NCBI GenBank assembly: GCA_035403085.1
Contig: DAONEM010000007.1
Location: 452-64,451 of the forward strand
DNA from: Candidatus Aminicenantes bacterium
GTDB lineage: Bacteria; Acidobacteriota; Aminicenantia; JAMOAD01
Direction: 5' to 3'
Length of the DNA stretch: 64,000 nt
The notes beneath the pieces are model-generated. The model was given only the letters and a program-made list of their open reading frames with translations. It was not told the origin of the DNA and did not search any database. Positions 17,714-25,703 of the stretch are shown here, in pieces. Positions within the stretch are counted from its first letter, which is position 1; each line of letters starts with the position of its first letter. Made by a program: the position numbers and the translations under genes.

Positions 17714-19165
17714 TTACCGATCTGAGGTTGGCAAGGGAGGAAGGCCCCACTCTCCCAAGGACATCAGTGCGGAGGAGTTGGAGGCAACAAGCTCGGGAAC
17801 CGGGGTGCTGAGCCCCTTTCTCCGGTAGAGAACCTGCTGGGGCGTAGGGAGGAAAACCAGGGGCTTCGCGGCCATCACCAGTGAGGAGAGACGGAGGTAG
17901 ATCTCCCGGCGGCGGGAGGGATCGGTCTCCTCCCTCCCCCGTTCGATCAGGCGATCCACCTCCGGGAGGGAGAGGCCTGAGTAGTTCATTCCCCCCTCAC
18001 TTCCCCAGAGGTCCCCTTGGTGGGGGTCCGCGTCGAAAACAAAGGCCCCCAGGGCAAGCTGGAAGGCACCCCTCTTGAGACGGTCCAGGTAGGCAGGGTA
18101 CTCGATCGGCAGAATCCTGACCCGGATTCCTCTCTTACTCAGCAAGTCCTGGATCAGAAGCGCGTACCGGCTTCGGAGGGGGGATTCGGAGTTGAGGAGG
18201 AGCTCTAGGGTGGGGACTCGGGAGGAGAGGGGGCGACGGGAGGAGGGAGGGAGAGGGAGCCTGTAATCCTTTTGGAGGAGGGAGAAGGGGGAGTAGAAGC
18301 CATGACCCTTCAGGAGCGCGAAGAAGGGGCCCGGGGAAAGGCTCGCGGCCAGGTACTCCCGGAGGGGAAGGGAGTTCAGCGGGGGGGAGCGGAGGTTGAA
18401 GGCGAGGTAGTAGAGCGAAGAGAGAGAGTATCCGACACTCTCAATCCCTGCCTCTTCCAGGGGGAGGCCCTCTTCGAAACGGTGGCCGAAGACGGCGTCG
18501 CTCTCTCCCCGCTTGAGGCGGAGGTAGGCGGCCAGAGGATCCTTCTCCACGGAGACGGCGACAGTTTTTCCCTGGACCTCCAAGAGGAGTGAGCTCCTCC
18601 CCTCGTGGGCGAAGAGAACGGAGCCCCTGGTTCCGACAACCCTCCCCCGCTCCTTTCCTAGCTCCGAGGGGAGGAGAATCTTGAAGGTAAGGAGGGAGAG
18701 GAGCGGTGCGTGGGGGTGCTTGAGGTGGAGGGTCACCTCCTGCCCCTTAGCGGAGAGCGATTCCAGAAACCCGAACTCCGAGGCGTAGGGGAAGTTTCCC
18801 TTCTGGTCGGAGAAGTAGCGAAGGTTGGCCAGGACGGTCTCCCCGTTCAGGGGGAGCCCGTTCCGGAAGGTCAGCCCTTCCTTGATCCTGAGACGGAGCC
18901 TTCTGGGGGTGGGCCATGAGTACTCTTCGACGATGTCCGGAACGATTTTTCCCTCCCCGTCGAAGGTGAAGAGGGAGGAGTAGAGGGGGTAGAGGAGAGA
19001 GGAGGTGGTAATGTCCGTCGCCAGCTGGGGGTTGAGGGTGGTGGGGAAGAGGGGGAGTGTCAGCCGGAAGCGCTGCTCCTTGGGGGGGTGGGATGAACAG
19101 GAGGGAAGGAGGAGAAGCAGGCAGAGGAGTTTAGCCGAGAAGAGCCTCGGCCGTATCCTTGACAT
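17714..19165 (-). CDS. Solute-binding protein family 5 (OppA/DppA/NikA-like) lipoprotein with no transporter partners in the window
   Basis: Lipoprotein signal (LLLLPSCSS) and family-5 SBP architecture, 483 aa. No permease or ATPase genes are adjacent. Confidence 0.6.
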   Translation of the reverse strand: MSRIRPRLFSAKLLCLLLLLPSCSSHPPKEQRFRLTLPLFPTTLNPQLATDITTSSLLYPLYSSLFTFDGEGKIVPDIVEEYSWPTPRRLRLRIKEGLTFRNGLPLNGETVLANLRYFSDQKGNFPYASEFGFLESLSAKGQEVTLHLKHPHAPLLSLLTFKILLPSELGKERGRVVGTRGSVLFAHEGRSSLLLEVQGKTVAVSVEKDPLAAYLRLKRGESDAVFGHRFEEGLPLEEAGIESVGYSLSSLYYLAFNLRSPPLNSLPLREYLAASLSPGPFFALLKGHGFYSPFSLLQKDYRLPLPPSSRRPLSSRVPTLELLLNSESPLRSRYALLIQDLLSKRGIRVRILPIEYPAYLDRLKRGAFQLALGAFVFDADPHQGDLWGSEGGMNYSGLSLPEVDRLIERGREETDPSRRREIYLRLSSLVMAAKPLVFLPTPQQVLYRRKGLSTPVPELVASNSSALMSLGEWGLPPLPTSDR

Positions 19166-21017
19166 CTTTCTTCGAGAAGGGTTTCTTGAGAAAGAGGGTC
19201 TTGTCGTTCCAGGGGGCCTCTCTCTCCTGATCGTTGAGGAAGAGGACTACGGTCTTGGAGCGGCCTGAGTGGGCGGATTGCCAGGAGAGAAGCACCTCTT
19301 TCCCCTCCTCTACCCCCTGAAGGTCGAAGAGGAGGGCCGTGAAGGAGTCTTGGGGAAGCTCCCAGAGCAGGGAGGGGTCATCAACCTCATGAACGAGAAA
19401 GCCGAGGGCTTCAAACCCTTCATGGAGAAGCTTCTTCAAATAGACGGGTTTTACGAAGAGGTAGACGGCCTTGGGAAGGAGGCCGAGCCGTTCCCGAAGG
19501 GCCGCGGCGGCCTTCTCGGCTTGAACTCGGATTCCGTAGGCAGAACTCTCCAGGCGGAGTCTTTCCAAGGGCAGAAGGGAGAGGCGGGATCCGATTTTGG
19601 GGAGGAGTACGGTGCAGAGGTCGGTGATCCCGTAGTGCTGAAGGTTCTTCTCCATGAGGCCTAAGAGGAACTTCTCCAGAATCGCGGAGAAGGCGGCGTC
19701 CATCTCTTCGTCCATCTCCTCCACCTTCTTGCGGAGCGAGAGGAGGTACTCCTCCTTGGGGTTGTCCGGGAGGATCTCCATCAGCTTTTCGGCCTCTTTC
19801 TGGACCCTCTCCCGGATGTTGATCAGGTCTCCGTACTTCTGGAGGGCCTTGAGGGTCTCCGGGAGGGTGTTCTTGATCCGGAGGGGGATGTCGTTCTCAT
19901 GGTCCTTGTAGAAGGCGATCAGATGACTTCGGAGGTTAAAATAATCGGCCGAGGTGTTGAAGGTGAGTTGCTTCATCGCCCGGATGACCTCGACCCTCGT
20001 CTCCTCAAGGAAGCTCTCCTTGTAAAGGTTGAGCCACTGGAGACGGATCTGACAACTCTGTTCCACCGATAGGCGGTACCCTTTGAACTTCTGGAAGAAC
20101 TCGGCAAGAAGGAAGCCTTTCATGAAGTCTCTCTTGGATTCGAAAATCTCCATGAAGAAGGGGAAGGCGCTTTCGCCGGTCAGCTCGAGAAAGGCCAAGA
20201 TCAGGGCCTTCTCATGGGCGTCGTCCAGAGGCTTTCTCAGGAGCTCCTTCAGCGTGGGGAGGAGAGAGAGGACCCTCTTCTGAACGACGATCTCCAGGAA
20301 GTCGGAAAAGAGGGGAGACTCCGGTCTCGCGACGATGGAGCCGAGGACCCTCTCCAGCTGGTTTGTGTTCCGGATCTTCAGGAGCTCCTTGCTTTTTTCC
20401 CACGCCCAGGAGGGAGCCCCTCCGAAGAGAAAGTCGAGGAAGAAGGAGACAGTCTCGGGGTCGTTAATCAGCTCGAAGAGCGAAGAGGCGAGATCCTCCG
20501 GAGGGAGGGTCCTGAGGAAGGCAAGCCTTCCGGGGTGGAGGGTGAGCAGATAGGCCTTCACGAGAAGGGGGCGGTCTTCGGGGAGAGCCTTTTCGTACCT
20601 CTTGAGGAGGGCCTCCCCCTCCTCGGGCCCCCCGAAGATTCCTATCAAGAGGAAGAGGTAGGGGTTCTGTTCAAACGCGGAGGCGTACTCTCTCAAGGCT
20701 TCAACCTTCTCGGGACTCTTCAAGGGGGCCTTGAGGGAGATCAGATAGAGGGTATCGACGGAGGTGTGCCAACGGTCCGTACCGCCCTCCTGAATCTCTT
20801 CCAGAAGGAGGGGGAAGAGGAGCTCCGCCTCTTTCTCCGTCCCGTGCTCCTTCAGGAGCTTTTTGACCAGCTCTCTGGCAAAGGAGTCGGCCTCGGGGAG
20901 AGCCTGGCAGAGTGCGGAAATCTCCCTCTTAGACCCGGTGCGTTGAATGAGCGTTGCCGCGATGGCGGCCTCCTTGCGGCTCTGCTCGCCCAGCAGAACT
21001 TGATCCACCAATCCCAT
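19131..21017 (-). CDS. Hypothetical alpha-helical repeat protein with a C-terminal receiver-like (pseudo-REC) domain
   Basis: 628 aa, helical-repeat rich. The C-terminal roughly 115 aa have a REC-like topology (YLFVKP...ALLFDLQ...TVVLFLND...LKKPF) but lack the acidic DD pair after beta-1. It overlaps the SBP gene by 35 nt. Confidence 0.5.
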   Translation of the reverse strand: MGLVDQVLLGEQSRKEAAIAATLIQRTGSKREISALCQALPEADSFARELVKKLLKEHGTEKEAELLFPLLLEEIQEGGTDRWHTSVDTLYLISLKAPLKSPEKVEALREYASAFEQNPYLFLLIGIFGGPEEGEALLKRYEKALPEDRPLLVKAYLLTLHPGRLAFLRTLPPEDLASSLFELINDPETVSFFLDFLFGGAPSWAWEKSKELLKIRNTNQLERVLGSIVARPESPLFSDFLEIVVQKRVLSLLPTLKELLRKPLDDAHEKALILAFLELTGESAFPFFMEIFESKRDFMKGFLLAEFFQKFKGYRLSVEQSCQIRLQWLNLYKESFLEETRVEVIRAMKQLTFNTSADYFNLRSHLIAFYKDHENDIPLRIKNTLPETLKALQKYGDLINIRERVQKEAEKLMEILPDNPKEEYLLSLRKKVEEMDEEMDAAFSAILEKFLLGLMEKNLQHYGITDLCTVLLPKIGSRLSLLPLERLRLESSAYGIRVQAEKAAAALRERLGLLPKAVYLFVKPVYLKKLLHEGFEALGFLVHEVDDPSLLWELPQDSFTALLFDLQGVEEGKEVLLSWQSAHSGRSKTVVLFLNDQEREAPWNDKTLFLKKPFSKKDVKDTAEALLG

Positions 21018-21084
21018 GGAACCTCCCGTCGAATCTTGAAGAGAAAACTATAGCAAAAAGAGAGAGGAAGGAAAAGAGCGGGCT

Positions 21085-21849
21085 TTATTCTCGAGATGAT
21101 TGCCGTTCGATGTAATTTTCAGTGTGTTTCAACAGAGCGTCGAAAGTAGCTATGTCTTTTATGCTCCAATCGGCTCTTCCAAGAAGTCTGTTGAAAGATT
21201 TTGAAAATTTATCGCTGAACCCTTCCGTCATGCCGAGGCTGTTCATGACCCGGATGGCCCTCTCGAAGAGTCTCTGATATTCGGCCTTGGGAGCCCTGAC
21301 GACTCCGTTTGAGAAGGGGGCGAGTTCGCAGGATCTCATGTAAGCCCGGTAGATCTCGTAGACGTAGATCACCACGGCCTGGGAGACGTTCAGCGAGGGG
21401 TAGTCGACCACCGTGGGAATCTCGGTGGAGTACTCGCACTGCAACACCTCTTCGTTGGTGAGCCCGGTCTTCTCTGGACCGAAGATCACGGCGATCTTCT
21501 GCCTCTCTTTGTTCTCCATGATCAGCCGGCCGATCTCCTCGGGGGGGAGGAAGCGCTCACGCCACTTCCCCTTCCTTCGGGTTGTGGCGATGGCGATGTC
21601 GACCTTGGCGAGGGCCTCTTGAAAAGAGGAGACCTTCTCGGCCCTCTCGATGATGTCGTAGGAGGCGTAGGCGAGTTTCTTCGCTTCATCGTGTTGAAGG
21701 TCTGGAGGGTTGATCAGAAGAAGGTTCTCCAGGCCCATGTTCCTCATGGCCCGAGCCGTCGATCCGACGTTCCCCGGGCTTTCCACGGAGTGGAGAACAA
21801 TGGTGAGGTTCGAAAAATCAGGGATTCTCTTCGTGCTGTCGGTCATCAT
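21085..21849 (-). CDS. trmJ: SpoU-class tRNA/rRNA 2'-O-methyltransferase (TrmJ-like)
   Basis: LTIVLHSVESPGNVGSTARAMRNMGLENLLLINP and IAVIFGPEKTGLTNEE are SPOUT methyltransferase motifs. The track ORF carries a 109 aa Gly/Ser/Pro-rich N-terminal extension (to 22176) that is probably not translated; the likely start is MMTDS at 21849. Confidence 0.75.
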   Translation of the reverse strand: MMTDSTKRIPDFSNLTIVLHSVESPGNVGSTARAMRNMGLENLLLINPPDLQHDEAKKLAYASYDIIERAEKVSSFQEALAKVDIAIATTRRKGKWRERFLPPEEIGRLIMENKERQKIAVIFGPEKTGLTNEEVLQCEYSTEIPTVVDYPSLNVSQAVVIYVYEIYRAYMRSCELAPFSNGVVRAPKAEYQRLFERAIRVMNSLGMTEGFSDKFSKSFNRLLGRADWSIKDIATFDALLKHTENYIERQSSRE

Positions 21850-22189
21850 CCTCTTTCCTGTAGAGCAGAACTCTTCGGCTTTCCAACCCCCGGAGGAAGA
21901 GGTCGACCCGACGTTCCGCCGGGGAGACCCTCTCTCCGAAACGCTCTTCCAGGAGGAGGGAGAGGGAGGAGAGGTTCCTCTCCCCGTCGATCCGCTCCCA
22001 GAGGAAGCTCCCAATCTCGTCCAGCCCGAGGGAGGCCGTGGTGGGGAAGCAAAAGAAACGGAGGACCTTTTCGACCCATCGAAAACGGCTTCGGGGGACG
22101 AAAAGGACGACACGACCCTCTTTGGTGTTCCAGGGGACCCGCCGGATCGGAACTCTCTCTTGCCAGGGAAGACCACTTCTGCCCGTCAT
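21818..22189 (-). CDS. PqqD-family protein (RiPP-recognition-element-like), stand-alone
   Basis: 123 aa. LDEIGSFLWERIDGERNLSSLSLLLEERFGERVSPAERRVDLFLRGLESRRVLL fits the PqqD pattern (L.E.G.FIWELLDG.RT..EI...L.E.Y.V....AE.D...FL..L...GLL). It overlaps the trmJ start by 32 nt in another frame. Confidence 0.5.
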   Translation of the reverse strand: MTGRSGLPWQERVPIRRVPWNTKEGRVVLFVPRSRFRWVEKVLRFFCFPTTASLGLDEIGSFLWERIDGERNLSSLSLLLEERFGERVSPAERRVDLFLRGLESRRVLLYRKEDDDRQHEENP

Positions 22190-22241
22190 AACCGGTGACT
22201 ATAGCAGAACTAGATCCCTACGGCAAGAGAGGAAAGGCGGT

Positions 22242-22270
22242 TTTGACCCTACCCTCCTTTTCGGTTATAA
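22242..22270 (+). promoter_or_regulatory. Consensus sigma-70 promoter TTGACC-17-TATAAT for the oxidoreductase operon
   Basis: TTGACC at 22242-22247, a 17-nt spacer, TATAAT at 22265-22270, 32 nt upstream of the ferredoxin ATG. Confidence 0.55.
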
Positions 22271-22302
22271 TGGGAAACCGACAAAAACCTTAAGGAGTCG
22301 TC

Positions 22303-22593
22303 ATGGAACCTTTGGAACAGAGAACCAACGACGAAGCGAGGGGTCGTCGGAAAAAACCCTCGCCCAAGAGTCACACAGTCAAGGTCAACGAAAGCCTTTG
22401 TAAAGGCTGCCTCAAGTGCATCAGCACCTGCCCTATGGGAGTCCTCGTAGTGGAAGAGAGCAGCTCCAGCATCTTCGGTCTGGTTGCCAGGGTCGAAGCG
22501 CAAGAGTGTTGCATCGGCTGCATGACCTGTGAACTGAACTGCCCGGATTTTGCCGTGGTGGTGGATTACGAAGCCAGAGAGGTGAAAGAATGA
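22303..22593 (+). CDS. 2-oxoacid:ferredoxin oxidoreductase delta subunit (2x[4Fe-4S] ferredoxin)
   Basis: Two CxxCxxCxxxCP motifs (CKGCLKCISTCP; CIGCMTCELNCP), 96 aa, first gene of a delta-alpha-beta-gamma operon. Confidence 0.8.
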   Translation: MEPLEQRTNDEARGRRKKPSPKSHTVKVNESLCKGCLKCISTCPMGVLVVEESSSSIFGLVARVEAQECCIGCMTCELNCPDFAVVVDYEAREVKE

Positions 22594-23720
22594 GCTCAAA
22601 GGAGATCTACTCGGGAAACGAGCTTGTGGTGAAGGGGGCCATTGCGGCGGGATGCCGCTTCTTCGCCGGCTACCCGATCACCCCCTCCTCGGAAGTCGCC
22701 GAAGGGATGGCGAAAACCCTTCCGAAGCACGGCGGAGTCTTCGTTCAGATGGAAGATGAGATTGCCTCTATCGGAGCCATTATCGGTGCCTCTCTCAGCG
22801 GGAAGAAGGTCCTGACGGCGACCAGTGGTCCCGGCTTCTCCCTGAAGCAGGAGAACCTTGGAGCCGCCATGATGGCGGAAGTCCCTCTGGTGATTCTGAA
22901 CGTCATGAGGGGCGGCCCCAGCACAGGTCTACCGACGCGGCCGGCCCAGAGCGATGTGATGCAGGCCCGGTGGGGAACCCACGGAGACCACCCGGTGATC
23001 GTCTTGACCCCGGCCTTTCCCAAGGAGATCTTTCTCTCCACCGTGGAGGCCTTCAACCTCTCCGAGCGTTTCATGACGCCGGTGATCCTCCTGCTCGACG
23101 AGGTCATCGCCCACGCCCACGAACCTCTGGCCGTCCCCGAGCCGACGGAGTACGAGGTTGTGAACAGAAAGTACCCGGAGAAACTCGACAGTTTAGAGAT
23201 TTACAAGAGAGAGATGGGGGAGCCTCCTATCCGTCCGGACTTCTTCATGGGCCTTCCCATCCATATAGACTCTCTGGAGCATTCGGACTACGGGACCCCT
23301 ACGACCCACCCGGAGGTTGTTGAACTCCATCAGAGACGCCGGTTGGCGAAGGTTGAAAAGTACAAAGACGAAATCATCAAGGTCAAAACCTATGAGGAAG
23401 AGGATGCGGAGATTCTCATCTTTGCCTATGGCTCCATGGCCAGAGCCTCTTTGGACGCGGTCAGGGAGTTACGGAAGATGGGGATCAAGGCCGGGCTTTT
23501 CCAGCCTTTGACCCTCTGGCCCTTTCCGGAGAAGGCTCTCGAGAAGGCGGCCCAGGGGAAGAAGAAGATTCTTGTGGTCGAGATGAACTGGGGTCAGATG
23601 ATCTACGAAGTGGAGCGGGTTCTTAAAGACAGGAACATTGAGGGCCTCTTGAGAATGAACGGATACGCCATCACCCCGGTGGAAATCATCAACAGAGTCA
23701 AGGAGCTTACCCATGCTTGA
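22590..23720 (+). CDS. 2-oxoacid:ferredoxin oxidoreductase alpha subunit (POR/KOR/VOR family)
   Basis: GNELVVKGAIAAGCRFFAGYPITPSSEV..GPGFSLKQE..MRGGPSTGLPT. Substrate specificity cannot be assigned from the sequence alone. Confidence 0.85.
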   Translation: MSSKEIYSGNELVVKGAIAAGCRFFAGYPITPSSEVAEGMAKTLPKHGGVFVQMEDEIASIGAIIGASLSGKKVLTATSGPGFSLKQENLGAAMMAEVPLVILNVMRGGPSTGLPTRPAQSDVMQARWGTHGDHPVIVLTPAFPKEIFLSTVEAFNLSERFMTPVILLLDEVIAHAHEPLAVPEPTEYEVVNRKYPEKLDSLEIYKREMGEPPIRPDFFMGLPIHIDSLEHSDYGTPTTHPEVVELHQRRRLAKVEKYKDEIIKVKTYEEEDAEILIFAYGSMARASLDAVRELRKMGIKAGLFQPLTLWPFPEKALEKAAQGKKKILVVEMNWGQMIYEVERVLKDRNIEGLLRMNGYAITPVEIINRVKELTHA

Positions 23721-24540
23721 TTACGAAAAATACTTGAGAACCCGGACCTTCCCTCTTCCCTGGTGTCCTGGGTGTGGAATCGGAACGATCTTTAAAGCGA
23801 CCGTCATGGTCTTCGCCAAGCTCGGCTGGAACCCCGACGACCTTCTGGTCGTTTCCGGGATCGGTTGCTCCGGCCGTCTCCCCACCTATTTCAACACGAA
23901 TACCCTCCACACGACCCACGGCCGGGCCCTGACTTTCGCCACCGGGGCCAAGCTCGCTCAGCCAGAGAAGAAGGTTGTGGTCTTCTCCGGCGACGGCGAC
24001 GCCCTGGCCATCGGGGGGAACCACTTCATTCACGCCTGTAGAAGAAACCTGGACATTAAATACATCATCGTCAACAACTGCATCTACGGCATGACCGGAG
24101 GGCAGGTCTCGCCGACGACTCCTGGAGGATTCGTGACAACCACGACCCCTTACGGGAACAGCGAGCCCCACTTCAACACCGTGGAGATGGCCAAGGCCGC
24201 AGGGGCGACCTACGTCGCCCGGGAGACGGTCAACCGTCCCCGACAGTTGCAAACGGTTATCGAGAACGCCTTCCTCCATAAGGGATTCTCCGTGGTTGAA
24301 GCGATTTCGAACTGTCACATCAACCTGGGGAGAAGGAACAAGCTTCGCCATCCCATCCCCATGCTCAAGTGGATAGAGGAGCTTACGGTTCCCCTGGCCA
24401 AAGCCAAAGATATGACTCCCGAGGAACTGGAAAAAAGGTTCGTGGTCGGAGAGTTTGTCAAACGCGACCGACCCGAGTACTACGATATCTACCGGGAAAC
24501 CATGAAAAAAGCACAAGAGGGTGGGAAACATGCCGAATAG
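23713..24540 (+). CDS. 2-oxoacid:ferredoxin oxidoreductase beta subunit (TPP-binding)
   Basis: WCPGCGIG and GIGCSGR..GDGD TPP-binding motifs. Confidence 0.85.
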   Translation: MLDYEKYLRTRTFPLPWCPGCGIGTIFKATVMVFAKLGWNPDDLLVVSGIGCSGRLPTYFNTNTLHTTHGRALTFATGAKLAQPEKKVVVFSGDGDALAIGGNHFIHACRRNLDIKYIIVNNCIYGMTGGQVSPTTPGGFVTTTTPYGNSEPHFNTVEMAKAAGATYVARETVNRPRQLQTVIENAFLHKGFSVVEAISNCHINLGRRNKLRHPIPMLKWIEELTVPLAKAKDMTPEELEKRFVVGEFVKRDRPEYYDIYRETMKKAQEGGKHAE

Positions 24541-25069
24541 ATACGAGGTAAGATTGGCTGCCGTCGGCGGGCAGGGGTTGATCACCGCTGGAGCCCTGCT
24601 GGCCAAGGGTGTTATCGAGAAGAAGGGGATGTACGCCACCCAAAGCCCTACCTACACCTCCCAGGTGAGGGGTGGGCCGACGAAGGTCGACATCCTCATG
24701 GATAAAGAGGAGATCCTCTTTCCTCAAGCTACGGCGATAGACCTCTACTTCGCCACCGCGCAGAAATCCTTTGACCTTTACTACCACCACATCAAGAGTG
24801 ACGCTGTGATCATCGTCGATTCTGACCTGGTGACCAAGCTTCCTCCGGGAATGCCCCAGAAGCTCTACGGGATTCCCCTGACCAAAGAGACCGTTGCCCA
24901 CGTCGGGAACATCGTCACCGTCTCCGTGGTGGCCCTGGGAATCGTCGCGAAAGTCTCCAAGCTCCTCTCCAAAGAGGAGCTTCAGAATATTGTCGTTTCT
25001 TCGTTCCCGAAGAGCGCCGAAGAGCTTAATCTCAAGGCCATCGACCTCGGGTACTCCCTGATCTCCTGA
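24521..25069 (+). CDS. 2-oxoacid:ferredoxin oxidoreductase gamma subunit
   Basis: RLAAVGGQGLITAGALLAK gamma-subunit motif. It overlaps the beta stop. Confidence 0.8.
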   Translation: MGNMPNRYEVRLAAVGGQGLITAGALLAKGVIEKKGMYATQSPTYTSQVRGGPTKVDILMDKEEILFPQATAIDLYFATAQKSFDLYYHHIKSDAVIIVDSDLVTKLPPGMPQKLYGIPLTKETVAHVGNIVTVSVVALGIVAKVSKLLSKEELQNIVVSSFPKSAEELNLKAIDLGYSLIS

Positions 25070-25070
25070 G

Positions 25071-25703
25071 TCAGGGCTGAGAAGGGTCGGAGAGGGAGAC
25101 GATCTTGTAGTGGCGGAGAATCTCTTCCCGCCACTCCCTCTCCTTCTCCTTCTTCTTCTCCAGTCGGATCTTCGTCTCGATGAGGGAGGCTACCTCCGCG
25201 AGGTGTCGCACCGGGAGGCCGAACTTCTTCTGGTAAGGGGTGTAGGTTGAGGCGTAGTACTCCTCTATGTCTGCGAAGGAGACCTCGATTCTCTTCAGAA
25301 GGATGTTCTCTTTCATGAGATCGTAGGCGATATACTCCTCTACAAGGGGACGGAGCCTCTTGAGGGAGAGGTTGAAGAGGGAGAGTCTCTCCTCTAAAAC
25401 CTTCAACTCCCCATACTTTCTCAGGAGCCCTTCCTCGAAGCGGAGGGCGACGTCCTCTCCCACAGAGGGTAGCTCATTCTTGTACTCCATGTGAACCGCC
25501 TTCATGGTCAGGACCCTCTCAAGGGCCTCCGCCGGAGGGAGGGAGGGGTCTTGAAAGAGGAACTCCCGGGCCACCAGGATGTCGTAGAGGGTGATGTAGC
25601 TCTCTCCGATCTTGGCCACCGCCCTGTTTACGGGGTAAGCTTCCAGAAAGAGGGAGAGGCCGAGGAGAAGACTAAAACATATTGCCGATCGCGAAATAGA
25701 CAT
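25071..25703 (-). CDS. Periplasmic SurA N-terminal-domain-like chaperone
   Basis: Signal peptide plus SurA_N-like helical domain, 210 aa. Its start overlaps the bamA stop, so it is co-transcribed downstream of bamA. Confidence 0.45.
   Translation of the reverse strand: MSISRSAICFSLLLGLSLFLEAYPVNRAVAKIGESYITLYDILVAREFLFQDPSLPPAEALERVLTMKAVHMEYKNELPSVGEDVALRFEEGLLRKYGELKVLEERLSLFNLSLKRLRPLVEEYIAYDLMKENILLKRIEVSFADIEEYYASTYTPYQKKFGLPVRHLAEVASLIETKIRLEKKKEKEREWREEILRHYKIVSLSDPSQP

Noticed and set aside
21850-22176. 109 aa N-terminal extension of the trmJ ORF
   Set aside because: It is Ser/Gly/Pro/Arg-rich with no SPOUT homology, whereas the conserved methyltransferase N-terminus begins at MMTDS. 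The region is better explained by the PqqD-like ORF in another frame.
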